A stretch of 64,000 bases of DNA, taken from assembly GCA_977030845.1 (NCBI GenBank), contig OZ365109.1, positions 56,792,001 through 56,856,000 of the forward strand, written 5' to 3'. This document shows, piece after piece, positions 1 to 12,500 of this stretch. Position numbers and translations under genes: made by a program. Below the pieces are notes generated by a model, which was not told the DNA's origin, ran no database searches, and saw nothing but the letters and a program-made list of their open reading frames with translations. Source of the stretch: Fimbriosthenelais zetlandica (Eukaryota). Position 1 is the first letter of the stretch; each line of letters begins with the position of its first letter.

Positions 1-344
1 GACTACAGTACTGTCAGCCGGCCATTAAAAAAATAAATTAAGGGTATTATCTAGAAATCATACACACAACCCCATTTTATTTTGTATTCTTTATATGTAT
101 GTCTTGCAGTTACACAAAATCCTCTTGGAAATTGCTCTTTCTGAAGCTTTATCTTTTTTCACTTTAACCATGGAGATATAGTGTTAAAAGGATAAAGAAA
201 AAACAGAAAAAACGAGATCAAATTCCTAATCACGAGGAACAATACCCAGAAAGATAAAAAAAATAATGATACATTAACACTTTCTTTTTTCTTTCCTATA
301 CAGAAGGAGGGAAGAAATATACAAATCAATAAATGTGAATGTTG

Positions 345-2774
345 TCATTGGTTTACTGGATTAATAGACATAAGAGAACCGAAGAGAACATGTTGGATGA
401 TGGGGAACTTGCAAAGAATCTGAAATTAAAGACAAAAATGTCATTCAGTTTATTAGTTGTTTTTGAGGGGGTGGGGAATTTCTCGATTCGGATGGGATTA
501 TTATATATAAATAAATTTGCGTCTCTCTTGATTCAAAATAGATTCCTTGAAGGAATGGAAAAACAAGTGAATAATATACTACAGGAACTAACCTCAGCTT
601 TGTACATTTTGAGTAGACCACCATTAACTTTCGACCATAGAGCCACACCACTGATATTCCAGAGTTGGTTGGAGTGTTCTGCAAATGGCCCGGTCTTCAC
701 CTGAAAAAGAAACGTAAACACACTCTTAACAATTTCAGTTTCTGAAAATCTCTAAAACGGCAGAAAAAGGCAGTTTTAATAATAAATGTTTATGGACATG
801 GGCTTACTTTATGAATGTATTGAACTGCTGCGTATAAAATGTAGTCCTTAGCGAAGGAGGCACACATGTCCGGATCAGGAAAAGAACTTGGTTTTAGCCG
901 TTTGTGATCTGAAATTGAATTAAGTTTAAAAAATAACCTTTAGAACCCAAAGATACTGTTGCGATATATTCGGAATACAATATTAAAAATAAATCCACAT
1001 TAGATTTATCCGCAAAATGTATGCAACAAAAGTACGATATACAGTTCTATAATATATCAAAGTCTAATGTAGATAAAATAGCCAAATATCTACCTAGGAG
1101 TTGTGCACTGCCCCAGTAGAAACATAAGAACTGGTAATCATCCAGGCTCCATACCCCCTGACTACCAGCTGGTTCCATTCTGTATGTCTGTTGGAGTTTC
1201 CTCATCAACACAAGATACCTGTCAATGAATACAATATTTAATATTGATATCTAATTTATTCTCAATATTGACATTTAATTTATTCTTGCTATATTATGTG
1301 CAAAAAAGCTACAGTTCCACACACAACAATGTTTAACGAAGAAAAGAACTTATTATTAGCTTACTGGCCAAACACACGAAGTATTGCAGCGGAGGAGTCC
1401 TCCTCAGCCAAGGCGCCAATCTTGAAGAGGCAGCAGAGGAAGAAGACAAAAGCCATTTCATGTCCTGAAAATTAAAATATAAAGTTATATAAATTATAAC
1501 TTTAAGTACAGTAAACAGAACAAATCCAAATATGCAGAATTCTAAAAGATATAAACAGAAACAGAAAGTTATTTTTGCCTCTAAGGGAATAAATACCTGT
1601 GCCATAATCGATCCTAGTTGAATTACCAAAACTTTCGACAAGGTAGGTGGCGACCTCTGGAATAGCTCGACTGAACTTCTCGCCAAGGGCTTCAGTTAAA
1701 ATAGTCTCTGCTTTCTGAATGATGAATGGTGTTTAAATGAAACAAATTTCAAACAGGCCTAGTAGAATCACCAACATTATAGACCAAGGTAAAATACGGT
1801 ACCGGTACCGGTACATTACAAATACATGTAACTGGAAGTGTATACTATGGTCCACACGTACTTTCAGGACAACAATAAGATATTTTACATTATTAATGAG
1901 GATGAGAAATATTGTTGAGATGAATATAGAATGAAATGTTTACCTCTTTGAGACGGGCAAACCAGTCCCTGTATGCCTTATTACCAAACCGTTGTGGTTG
2001 GTCAATAGGAGGGATCTCATCCACCCAAACAGACAACTGATCTAACAACGCCACCAGCTTGACAATCGCCTACACAGAAATGAAGGGTTTAAAGTGTACA
2101 GTACGGTGAAACAAATGAATCTTACATTAGAGTAATATGGCGCATATATTCTATTATTCTCATGTATCGTATTCTATGCAATACGTTTCATAAAAAATTC
2201 AATTTATACCAGGTAGGCCTAGGCCTACGCTACGGTATATTAGTAGGCCTATCATGCCTAAACATTTTCTATAATATTTTACAGTCAGAGGAGCTGAGTC
2301 AGAGTCAGGGAGAGAATGATAGCCGGAAAGAGCAGAGGGCGAGGGAGAATGGGAAGGATAAATGAAGCAGGGAAGGAGAGGGATGCAAAAGAGTGATGGA
2401 GAGGAGTTTCAATCCTTACATCAGAGACGGGATATTCATCGTTAATCTTCTTGTTTTTTACAGCTTCATTCATTCCCATGATGAATCCGAGGAATTCCAG
2501 GTAGGCCTGTGATAAACAAGATAAAGAATTAGGCTATGCCCCTGTACGGAAATCGATAGTGAAGCTACATAGTCATGATAGGGCATACCGATACAGTAGA
2601 CGCTGTCATAAGACATACGTCACATAGGTAATGATCAAAAATAGGCATGGCCACGGGAATAGCTGAGCAACTTACGCCTACCTCTGATTTTTCCCATTTC
2701 ATTGCAATGTCTGCAGGTAGAGATATTTGCTTCTGTGGAATCGCAAATTCATGAGTTTCCAAATTAACAGACAT
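345..2774 (-). CDS. PTPA: Serine/threonine-protein phosphatase 2A activator (PTPA/PPP2R4), spliced; 310 aa from the ATG at 2774
   Basis: Exons reconstructed by hand, all with GT-AG boundaries and consistent phases: 2682-2774 (acceptor at 2805), 2420-2506, 1944-2069, 1597-1714, 1365-1464, 1094-1218, 808-908, 593-700, 345-419 (TGA). The translation contains PTPA hallmarks [66 protein letters not shown] and KFPIIQH. Minus-strand AATAAA at 76-81. Confidence 0.96.
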
Positions 2775-2921
2775 TTTTTCAATGATGCAAACCCACGAAA
2801 TAGACCTGAAATTGAATTGGATCTCAAATTATTTTGATAGAAATACTGAAAACACTGATCGACCAGCCGCAGTTTACACTAGGTCTAGGCTCTAATCCTG
2901 TTGATTGGTGTCGTATTGAGA

Positions 2922-3003
2922 TAGCCCGAGAGACCCTGACTCTTTCTACACTTGGAATGACCATCCAAACCAGGACTGTTGAGAATCAGAGTTTCTCGGG
3001 CTA
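2922..3003. mobile_element. 82-bp mini-MITE in PTPA intron 1
   Basis: The left end TAGCCCGAGAGACCCTGAC matches the reverse complement of the right end (TAGCCCGAGAAACTCTGAT) at 16/19 positions. TA lies at both termini. Confidence 0.55.
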
Positions 3004-3217
3004 GTAACTAGGGCCTAGGCCTATTGAAAATGACAGTCTACTGCCGGGCATTTCAGACAGTGTTTTCCCAAAGGAATGACGCTTGATTTCATATATTAAA
3101 ATGTAACTGAGAAAAGTTCATATAGAGGAAAATATGTATCAAGAGTACGTACGATTAATACCTGTAATAAACACGAATGATCCAAATTTGTCAAACTCCT
3201 TCCTCAGAACTGCCTAC

Positions 3218-3252
3218 TCGGCTCTCCTCTGTCCACCATCTTGGTTCGCCAT
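3218..3252 (-). CDS. PTPA: Possible PTPA coding exon 1 (MANQDGGQRRAE), or a 5' UTR exon
   Basis: CAACATGGCG start context at 3252. A GA|GTAGGC donor after 3218 gives phase 2, which joins the acceptor at 2805 in frame with the ATG at 2774 (332 aa total). An alternative donor CAG|GTATTA near 3160 would make this exon untranslated. Confidence 0.45.
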
Positions 3253-3556
3253 GTTGGTTTCATGAACGCAGCATCACAAAAATTCTGGTTTTAAAACCTA
3301 AAATCCTTAATATATCCTAGTTATTTGAGTACATTTAGTAAGAAGGAACAGTTTAAATGAAATATTCCCAGCTATGAATGTTTAATAAAAAGATATTTAT
3401 GAGTTTATAACTTTTATTAGGTTGGTGAACGTATTATGAACGGTATCATATCTGGCTATCCATCTGGTCCGTTCACCAAACGAATAAGCCAAAACTTGGT
3501 GGGAAGCTCGACTTGTCATCCCCGCAAAAGATCAGCTGTTCTGAGGCACTGAGAAG
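3253..3556. promoter_or_regulatory. Compact bidirectional promoter shared by PTPA and CRAT
   Basis: Divergent 5' ends lie about 300 bp apart. There is a YY1-like AACATGGCG/AAGATGG motif on the PTPA side and a 10-bp inverted repeat at 3422-3431/3470-3479. Confidence 0.7.
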
Positions 3557-6500
3557 ATGCTACGGACTCTAGTCAGGAATTTGGTAAATTACATTTCATT
3601 TTAGGTTGCATTTAATGTCTGTACTTTATTAGTGTTCAGATAAGGTAACCTTAGGCTTACAAGGCAGGTCTTACTTTTACTCTTGCTGGTGACCATGGAC
3701 ATGGGCCATGGCAAGCTTGTTTATTGAGGGGGGAGGGCGTGTCCTGTTTCGAAACCTCCGTGTTCAATATTATAGATCTACACATCTATTTGTTTGGTAA
3801 TTTAATAAGATAAACTGAATTGCTTACACCTATCATAACCTGAACTACCGATAATAAATGGCCTAAATTCTAAAATTTGCTAAATGCTAAAAATGCTAAT
3901 TTGTTTTTGAAATAATGCTTTCGGGAATAGGCCTAGTCTATGGATGAAATAAATCATGTGGGGAGTTGGGATTAGTTACATAAATGATCATAAATTGACA
4001 CAAGAGACGGTGGAAATAAATATTTTATCGTCAAGATATGCATAGGAGGGCGGAATAAATAAAATACCCGGAAGAAAAAAAATATTTTGGGTCCGTCTTG
4101 CCATGAAATCCATGAAATACCATACATAAAATTGTCCATCTCTATTCTGAAAAGAATAAAATTGTGTACCGGTACAGTATCTCTCCTGAAGTACCGGTAA
4201 TTCAAATTGGTCAGGAAAAAACTGCAGCCCCCACTCCTTCCTTTCAAGGCTTATTATTCTAATGGTCACCCCCTCTTTTATCTTCATGACAATTTATAAA
4301 TTTACATAGGGGGCCTACCCGGTAGCCTACCAGTACGGCGAAAGAAACCCCTGCTCTCTCAGCCTGCCCATCCCATTAAAATGTGGCCAGTTTATTTGAC
4401 AACATGCCCAAAGGTGAAGGCTCATCTCAGAACTGTATAAGTACGGTAGGCCTACTATACATTTAATATATTATATGGTAACATTTCCACATTGAAATTA
4501 TACCAGACATTATAGACCTACAATTACCGGTCCCGTTTATACCACTTAGACCCTAATACTTCTAAATGCATTCTGGGCTAATTCTAACCACAAATTTCTT
4601 TTAGCAAAAAGTGGTAAAGACACCAAATTTCTTTTAGCAATTTCCAGTTGGCGTTAGCAGATGTCAATTTGAAGGAAACATTGCTAGTTCGATTTTTCCT
4701 TCAACTCTGATATTTGTGATTTTGCGGTGGTTAGGTGTGATTTTTATTTCGCAAAATTAGCGAATAACCGTCATTTTCTTTTAGCAAAGTAGCATTTTTA
4801 TTCGTAAATTGCGACGGTGCGATCGGGTAGAGCGAGCCCAGGCATTACACAATGATGCCACTCGTCTGTAGGTTTGGCAGGCTGGGCCGCCTGTTGCTAC
4901 TCTGTATAGGTTAAGTTTGGCTAAGGACCTAAGGATCTGGTTTTTAGTGTTCCCTTTTTGTTCTGTAATGAGTGATACTGGCAAATTCTGCACCAAGCTT
5001 TGTATAACTCGTCCAGAGTGTCTGCCCATGCCCTTCACTGCTATGTCATTCTGGAACCAATACAAACGGCCATGTACCAAGCATTTTAAAGGGATGCCAA
5101 ACACTTGGTATATAGTTATTTTCGTATAGTTCTGATCTTAGGTACCGGTAGTTGATTTCACTACAAATTATAGCTGGATGATGTCTTAGTAGACAAGAAA
5201 TCAGTTCCTAAACAATATCATTCGCCCCAGAGTAAGAGATTCATGAGAGTTGACCATCTTTAGCACGTATGATGTCACAGGAAGTCATTGCATAGCCATT
5301 GTTCTACACAGGGGGCGCCACTGAGCTGAGACTGGACTGCTAGATGGTGCCTCCGCGGTGTTGAACCATAATTGCATAATTCTGATTGGCTAACCAACAC
5401 CATGTGATATCATACTTGATTTCTTTCTACTGAAACAGCAGCCAGCTATAATTTGTAGTGAAATGAACTATCTAAGATCAGAACAACATATGTTGAAAAC
5501 GTTATACTAAGTGTTTGGCATCTCTTTAAGTTTATGGGCCTTCTGGTTAGTCTGGCGTCTTATCTATGATAAGAGATAAATCTAGTGAACTGATACCGTA
5601 CACTGACTAGATAGTAGGCTTACATTTTCTTTGGCCTTTACCCTCCCTCCAAGGTGACACTATTTTGTCACAATATATAGTTCCAAAGAAGTTCAATTAA
5701 ATGTCAGCCCCTCCCTTGGTTTGGGATTAATATGGATATAAGGAACAAGAATCTGGTATGTTATATGATTTGGTTTAATATAACATTTCTATCGCCGTTG
5801 ATATGAATAGATTCGTTACGGATAAGTGATTTATACTATTCTGAATTTATTTTAGTTACTGTCGTTTTGGGAACCTTACTGGTACCTATAAATACCCAAT
5901 TGTAGCGGCTTGTATATAATGTAGGCCTAATAATTACAATGTGTGTAATTATTTTCAATTATTTAATCACTTTGTAGCCAGTGTTTGATATTGATAACTA
6001 GTTCTGTGCCCCAGAATTAGCTTTTATTCGACATATTAAAATGCACCCATTAGATAACGCCCTGTAGACTGCTTATTCAACTACCATCACAATTTCGGCC
6101 TATGTTTATGGCCAAAATTATATCAAATTATAAATCTGTTTGTGATCAGCCCATAAATATAAGCGTGTAGACATTTATTATTTTTAAAATGTTTTCAAGT
6201 GGATTTTAATAAAACACAACTGTACACTGTGATAATACGATTAATGATAATGCTGATGATATGAATGATTTATTTTTGGAATTGGGTTATCATGACTGTC
6301 TGCAGTATCATACAATGTATTGTACTTGTACAAAGCCATGTATTTTGCTTATTTATATAAGCATACATTGTGAGTTAAATAATTACAATCAAATTATACG
6401 GAAACCTACAAGATTTACTTGAATAATGCATTGACGGCTAAGGGAGCAACTCAGGTCAGATGGAAGTTCCTGATTTAATGCAGACGTCCACAGTCAATCA

Positions 6501-9500
6501 TTCTGTTGGTTATAATAATGGAAAATTTGGCTCCCACATCCCTGGTATGATTTTAGTGCTAGGCCTAGGGTAAATCCTGGCTGTTTCTGAATGAAACACA
6601 AACAACCTTACCTGGCAATGCCATTGTCGTCACCCTCTGGTCTTATTTTCATTCCACCTGAACTTGGTTTTCCCGAACAATTATCCAGATCATTCACTGG
6701 TCAGTGAGTGTATGACTTACCAACATTTATCCCTTGAACTATACTATAGCATTGTAAAGCAAAACTTGGCTTTGATTAAACATTTATTAACCTCGCCCCG
6801 CACGTCTATAGTCGGGCAGATACTCTATCTACCCCTATATGCTATGTACCTGTATTTTGCTACTAAAATGTCAGTTTTTGAGGGCAAACTTGTACATGTC
6901 AGTGGAACTTGCAGTGCTTGCCATGCTTAAAGCCAGCCATTGGTTCACCCATCATGCTTGCAGCATTCAGCAGTAACCTGCTGCACATCCTGCAACCCAG
7001 GCAGCATGGATGCCTTATTGATTTTCCAGTGGGGCGGGGAACCCTTTTCTGCGTTGCCGAAATAGGGTTTCATAGAACCTTCATACCCTTGCTCAGAACC
7101 CCAAGAACCCAATACTACAGGTTTCAGAGTCAGTTCTTTCAAATATTCCATGGTGCCATCTCCCATTGAAGCATAAGTCTTCCAGGCAGGTTCTGTTCTC
7201 TATTTTTTGCGTCGGAACATACTAGGTTCATGCTGGGATGTCTTGGGTTTCTAATTGTACCTATTTGGGTTTTTACCTAAATGTATTTGCCATGCAACCT
7301 GAGTTTCTAATCGGGTGGAAGGCAGCCTGCTGTGGGAGGATTTGCTATCGGCAGCATAGACATGGAAAGTAAATTTGGGTGAAAGGACAGTAACTGTTAT
7401 CCTCGCCAAGTTTTGTGGGTTTTATCTTGGCATATTCCCATATGTATACAAAAGACCGCCCTCCCATCCCACACGAGGATCTGATCTAAGATGATCCAAT
7501 CCTTTTCCATCTACCCATGAACACATCCACCTTTTCTTAACAACATAAATACTAATACCCACGACCTGACACAAGGCACCATTCATGAATTACTCCCACA
7601 CACCATACATGATCATTCCAACCGTCCGTAGTCCTTGACAGTAATTTTCTTCTTCACATTCCTGGAATCACTGGGATACATTACATGTATATAACCAATA
7701 CCAATTTAATGCGCAGATGTATAGAAACTGACCATTCAACCGGGAATGATGTAAACATATGTAAGAAACATTGCATTGGAATGACATCAACCCAAGATTA
7801 TTTTCATGGATAAAGAGTACACATATTAAGGTGCTACTCAGCCAGTCTTCTACACTCAGTGAACATCTAGGTCGATGGACTGGATTTTTCCCCACTTTAA
7901 TAATGCTCTGAATGCCTCCCTTATCTGCTGAAATATTTATTTGAGAGGTTCCTCAACTATTTTACTTGGATAATGTTGCAGGGTACATAAACCAGGAAGT
8001 TTATGTAACCATGACTACGTGATCATTATACCATGCAATATAAATATTTACAGCTGAGACACAAGATGGATTCTTATTATCTTATATAGATAGATATTTC
8101 AGTCTTAACACCAAAGTGTATTTCATGACATGGGATCCAATACCTACCTTAAACATAGGAAGGCAATAAACCATTGTATGTTATTCCCATAAGCCATTAC
8201 ATGTAGTACTAATGCATTGTGTTCATACTGAGGACATGGATATCCTTCTAACCTATACAGGTACTGCTTAATATGAGCTGCTAGCTCACATATTGAGTAG
8301 ATGAAAGAAAATCACACCTGGGGAATACTTAGCTGTACCTAAGCTCAACATTTTTACCAGCTGACGCCAATGGCCAAGCAAATAATGGGAGATTTTCAAA
8401 GCTCTGAATAGATTGATTTCCATAGGCCTGAAAAATACTCATAGTCATAGAGCTACCTGTTGAAATTTGTTGGATATAACTAAAAATAGGACTTCGTTCT
8501 GAGAACCAAGTGGACAAAATCACTTTTGTTCAGTCACCTCTTGGCTAATGTATGCTCCCTGCCAGACCTTTTCAGGAGAGTTGAAGTGAACAGATTGGGG
8601 GTGAAAACTGTGTACAAAAGTGAAAGTTACTTCACTACTGGACTGTACCAACTTGGCAATACAAGTTAGTGCATTTTCTACCTGGATAACTTCAGATTAT
8701 GGAATACTGATTTTAGACTGTGCAGTACTCGGAGAAAAATGTCCACTGTGTATCCCGGAGTCGAACCTGTACTCTCACAGGAATCACTGAATGGCACACA
8801 TTCCCTCCTCTGTTGTTTTTGGAGGAGAAAGAAAAAGGTCATTAATTTATCATATATGGACAAGGTCGTTCAAAAGTTTGATTTCATAGGATTAGAAATT
8901 TTCCTTGGATTGTTTTGGTTGATTATTTTAGATTTGTATAATTTTATGACTTTTTCTATCGAAGTTGATGAGTTAACAATCTGTACACCTGTTTTCGAAT
9001 TTGGTTGAATATTTAAATAAACATGTCTTTATATATTTATCGAATTACGAATTTTAATTTTTAGTTCAAATATTCAATGCACCTTATTCGTTGTAGAAAT
9101 ACCCAAAACAATAAATGGGGAAATGAAATTTCCACTGTTATTTTTCCTGTCCCTTATGCCCCTATTATCATCCAATTTACCCTTTATCATCATATTACCC
9201 TTTACAGTGTTTCATTTCTAAATAAAATTCTTCATTTTTTAAGGCTACTGCCGGATGGAATGGCCCGATCCGGAATGGTAAGCGTCTGGTTCCTGTCATA
9301 CAGAGAGCCCAGGGTCGTATGTTCTCTGTCCAGCATACTCTGCCAAGACTACCTGTACCCGCTCTAGAACAAACCCTCAATAAGTTCCTACTCACCATTG
9401 AACCGACTCTCTCAGAGGAGGACTACAGCCATGCTGTCAAGGTATTCGACGTTTTACTCATCTTGACCATTTTTTATGCATAAATGTTCAAAAAAATCAT

Positions 9501-12500
9501 GACAATGTGGTTAATTTTTTGTATCTGTTTTAAACAGCATGATTTGCAAAATTTTACATTTTACCAATACCGTTATTGTGAAACTGGGTTGAATAAATTC
9601 CTTCTCTATGAGGATAAGAAATGCGCAGTTAGTTGCAGCTTACTTTCCAATATAAACTTTCCTTTTAGCTTATGTAGTTCATAAATGTAATTGGATGACT
9701 CGATAACTGGATGATTGAATACCAGAATAGCAACAAAAAGTCACGAACTTGATTTAGTTCAAACTTGTGTCACTGTCTTGTCCTACATCACTGGCCAACT
9801 GACTGTGATGTAACTTTTTGTCGCATGAGTGAAGCTATAAAGAATAAATATAGAATGAAAGATCCGGTTCACCTTCACCCACTGAAATCTCCATATATTT
9901 AATCAAATTGGACACTTATGCCAAGTCACAAACATTGTCCATGGTTGTGTGTAAGGGTGTCTGTTTATCTATAGAATTTAATCATGATTATTTAATGAAA
10001 TAAGATAAATTACTTTAGGTTGTTAGAGATTTCGGCAGACCAGGTGGGCCTGGTGAACAGCTACAAAAATTACTGGAAGATCGAGCGAGAGGAACAGACA
10101 ACTGGGTGAGCCTGAGTGTCTAAAATATTTACTAATTTTTCATTAATGTCTTTCAATGAATATCAGTGTATTGACGATCGATAAATCCTCTGTGTTAAAT
10201 AATCTTTATTTCCATTTCTGTCTGTGCGCATTATAGTGTACCTTAGGCTGCAAAATCACGACCAGTTTATTGCTCTGTAAATATCCTTAGACTGTGGTTG
10301 TATTTTCCAGCTATCAGACTGGTGGCTGCATGCTGCCTATTTAGATTATCGGTTGCCCGTGCCTATCCACAGTAATCCAGGTATTACATTCCCCAAACAA
10401 GACTACACAGACTTACATGGACAACTAAGGTATCTTCTTTAAAAAATGAAAAAATAGAAATATTAAAATACTGATAAGATAATAATAAACCAAGCATTAG
10501 ACAAAATTATATCCCTAAACAATTGCAGCGAGTGGTTATTTTTGTAAATATTTCTATAACATCTTTGTTTTCCTGCTATTTACAGAGCAGCAGCTAAAAT
10601 GATATCAGGCGTGATGGATTATAAAGTCATGATTGATGAGTAAGTCGAGTTTCTATTGTACATTGTTATGACTGATTATCATGAAAATAACAAATTAATT
10701 GAGTGGATAGATTTACTGATATAGCCCACATATGATATTGAGGCAAATGATATGTGCAATTATATCAAGTATTATATATATACTGATAATAGATATCATT
10801 CTGATTTATTATAGCGTTGTTGGTTGGCTATTTTTTATGTAGCCTTCATCGGATGTGAGGCCCAATGGGCCCATCAATTGTTTTGTTATTTGTTATCATA
10901 TTTCAGTCAATCATTACCAGTGGAGCAGCTTGGCGGGAAACCGTTATGTATGATGCAGTTTTATAACATTCTCTCCTCATGCCGAATCCCCGGCACTAAA
11001 CGTGATGGTGTGGTCAACTTCCCGCCTGACATGCCTGACGCTCCTAGACATATCATCATAGCACATAATAACCACGTTAGTTTTATATTCATTATTAACT
11101 TCTTATATATTTTCTTAACTATTATTTCATCTGAAGGCCATGCGAACTTAATTCACTATCTCCTGTACATTTGAAAAAGAATCATTAGTCAAAGCCCATT
11201 GCACAATAGGTTTACTGGCAAAATGTAAATCTATTCAGCATTTTGCAATGACCATAGCACACTGACGTAATCCTATATCCATAATTGGCCGTATTGTACA
11301 TTTTATACATTAAGTCCCCCCCAACTTTAGATGCAGCCATATTTTCTCCCGTTACATATATATCTTTATCATTATTACATTTTCTTCCGTCCAGTTTTTC
11401 TCGATGGAGGTGTATGGTTCTGACGGTCAGCCCTTCACCACTGACCAGATCTACAGCCAGTTATTGGACATCATGGACCGCTCCCAGCATGAAGCCACCC
11501 CTATAGGCATCCTGACCGCTGACAACAGGAACTCGTGGGGTAAAGCCTACTCCAAACTGTGTAAAAACAAGGAGAACAAGGCTAACTTTGATGAGATACA
11601 CAGGGCCATCTTCATGGTGTGTATTGATAAATCCATGGAACCAACCACTGACTATGCCTCCTTCATAGCTGGCCAAATGAACCATGGATATGGCAGCAAG
11701 GGCAATTCAGGCAACAGATGGTTTGACAAAACGCTACAGGTAGGGCTAATTAGGTGTTTGGTGGTGGTCGGGGGTTGGGTTCGGGGTATGGTGGAACCTT
11801 GCTTCGAGGCACAGGACGGGCCTTAGCTTTCACACATGCAGCAGACGCTCTGCTGTGTGTGTATTGGAGAAGGTGGGGGGGGGGGGGGGGGGTGTGTAGG
11901 TAGTTTAGCGGGAGAGGCACCGGGGTAGGGGTAGAGATATTGAAGCAGTACATCAAACCAGTGGAGTGTGGAGGTAATGTAGCTGTTGGTGGGTTCTAGG
12001 CACAGGTCGGGCCTTAGCTTTCACACATAAAGCAAGAGGGGCGGGGTGGGGGTAGTATAGTTGGAAGAGTAGGTTTTGCTACTGATTGTAGCCGGTGCTG
12101 GGTTTGAGGTACAGTACGGGTCTTAGCTTTCACACATACAGCAGGAGGGGGCTGGGTGGGGGGGGGGGGGGGGGGGGTAGTATAGTTTGAAGAGTAGGTA
12201 TTGTTACTGATCGTGAACATGTATTGTATTTCACATACACGAGCAGGTAGAAAGCTTCACAGGGGTCAAAAGCTAGGACATGGGCAGTTGTTCCAAACAC
12301 CCCCTCCTCACCACTGGTCAGTCACAATCAGTGGTGCGCAGCAACCATGTACACAGTGAGAAATCTCAGCCCAGATCAATCACCCCTACCCCTCCCATTG
12401 GTTGGCCACAAGCTGTGGTTCAGGGTGAAATCTTCACTAGTCAACTGAAACGACCAAGGCAGTGTATTAAACCAACTAGTCTATTGTAAAATTACCCTCC

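Noticed and set aside
6607-6617. U1 snRNA 5' end (CTTACCTGGCA)
   Set aside because: An 11-nt match only, and the following sequence is unlike U1.
6945-7166. 73-aa minus-strand ORF in CRAT intron 1 as a nested gene
   Set aside because: Bounded by stops, no splice support, and no recognisable family.
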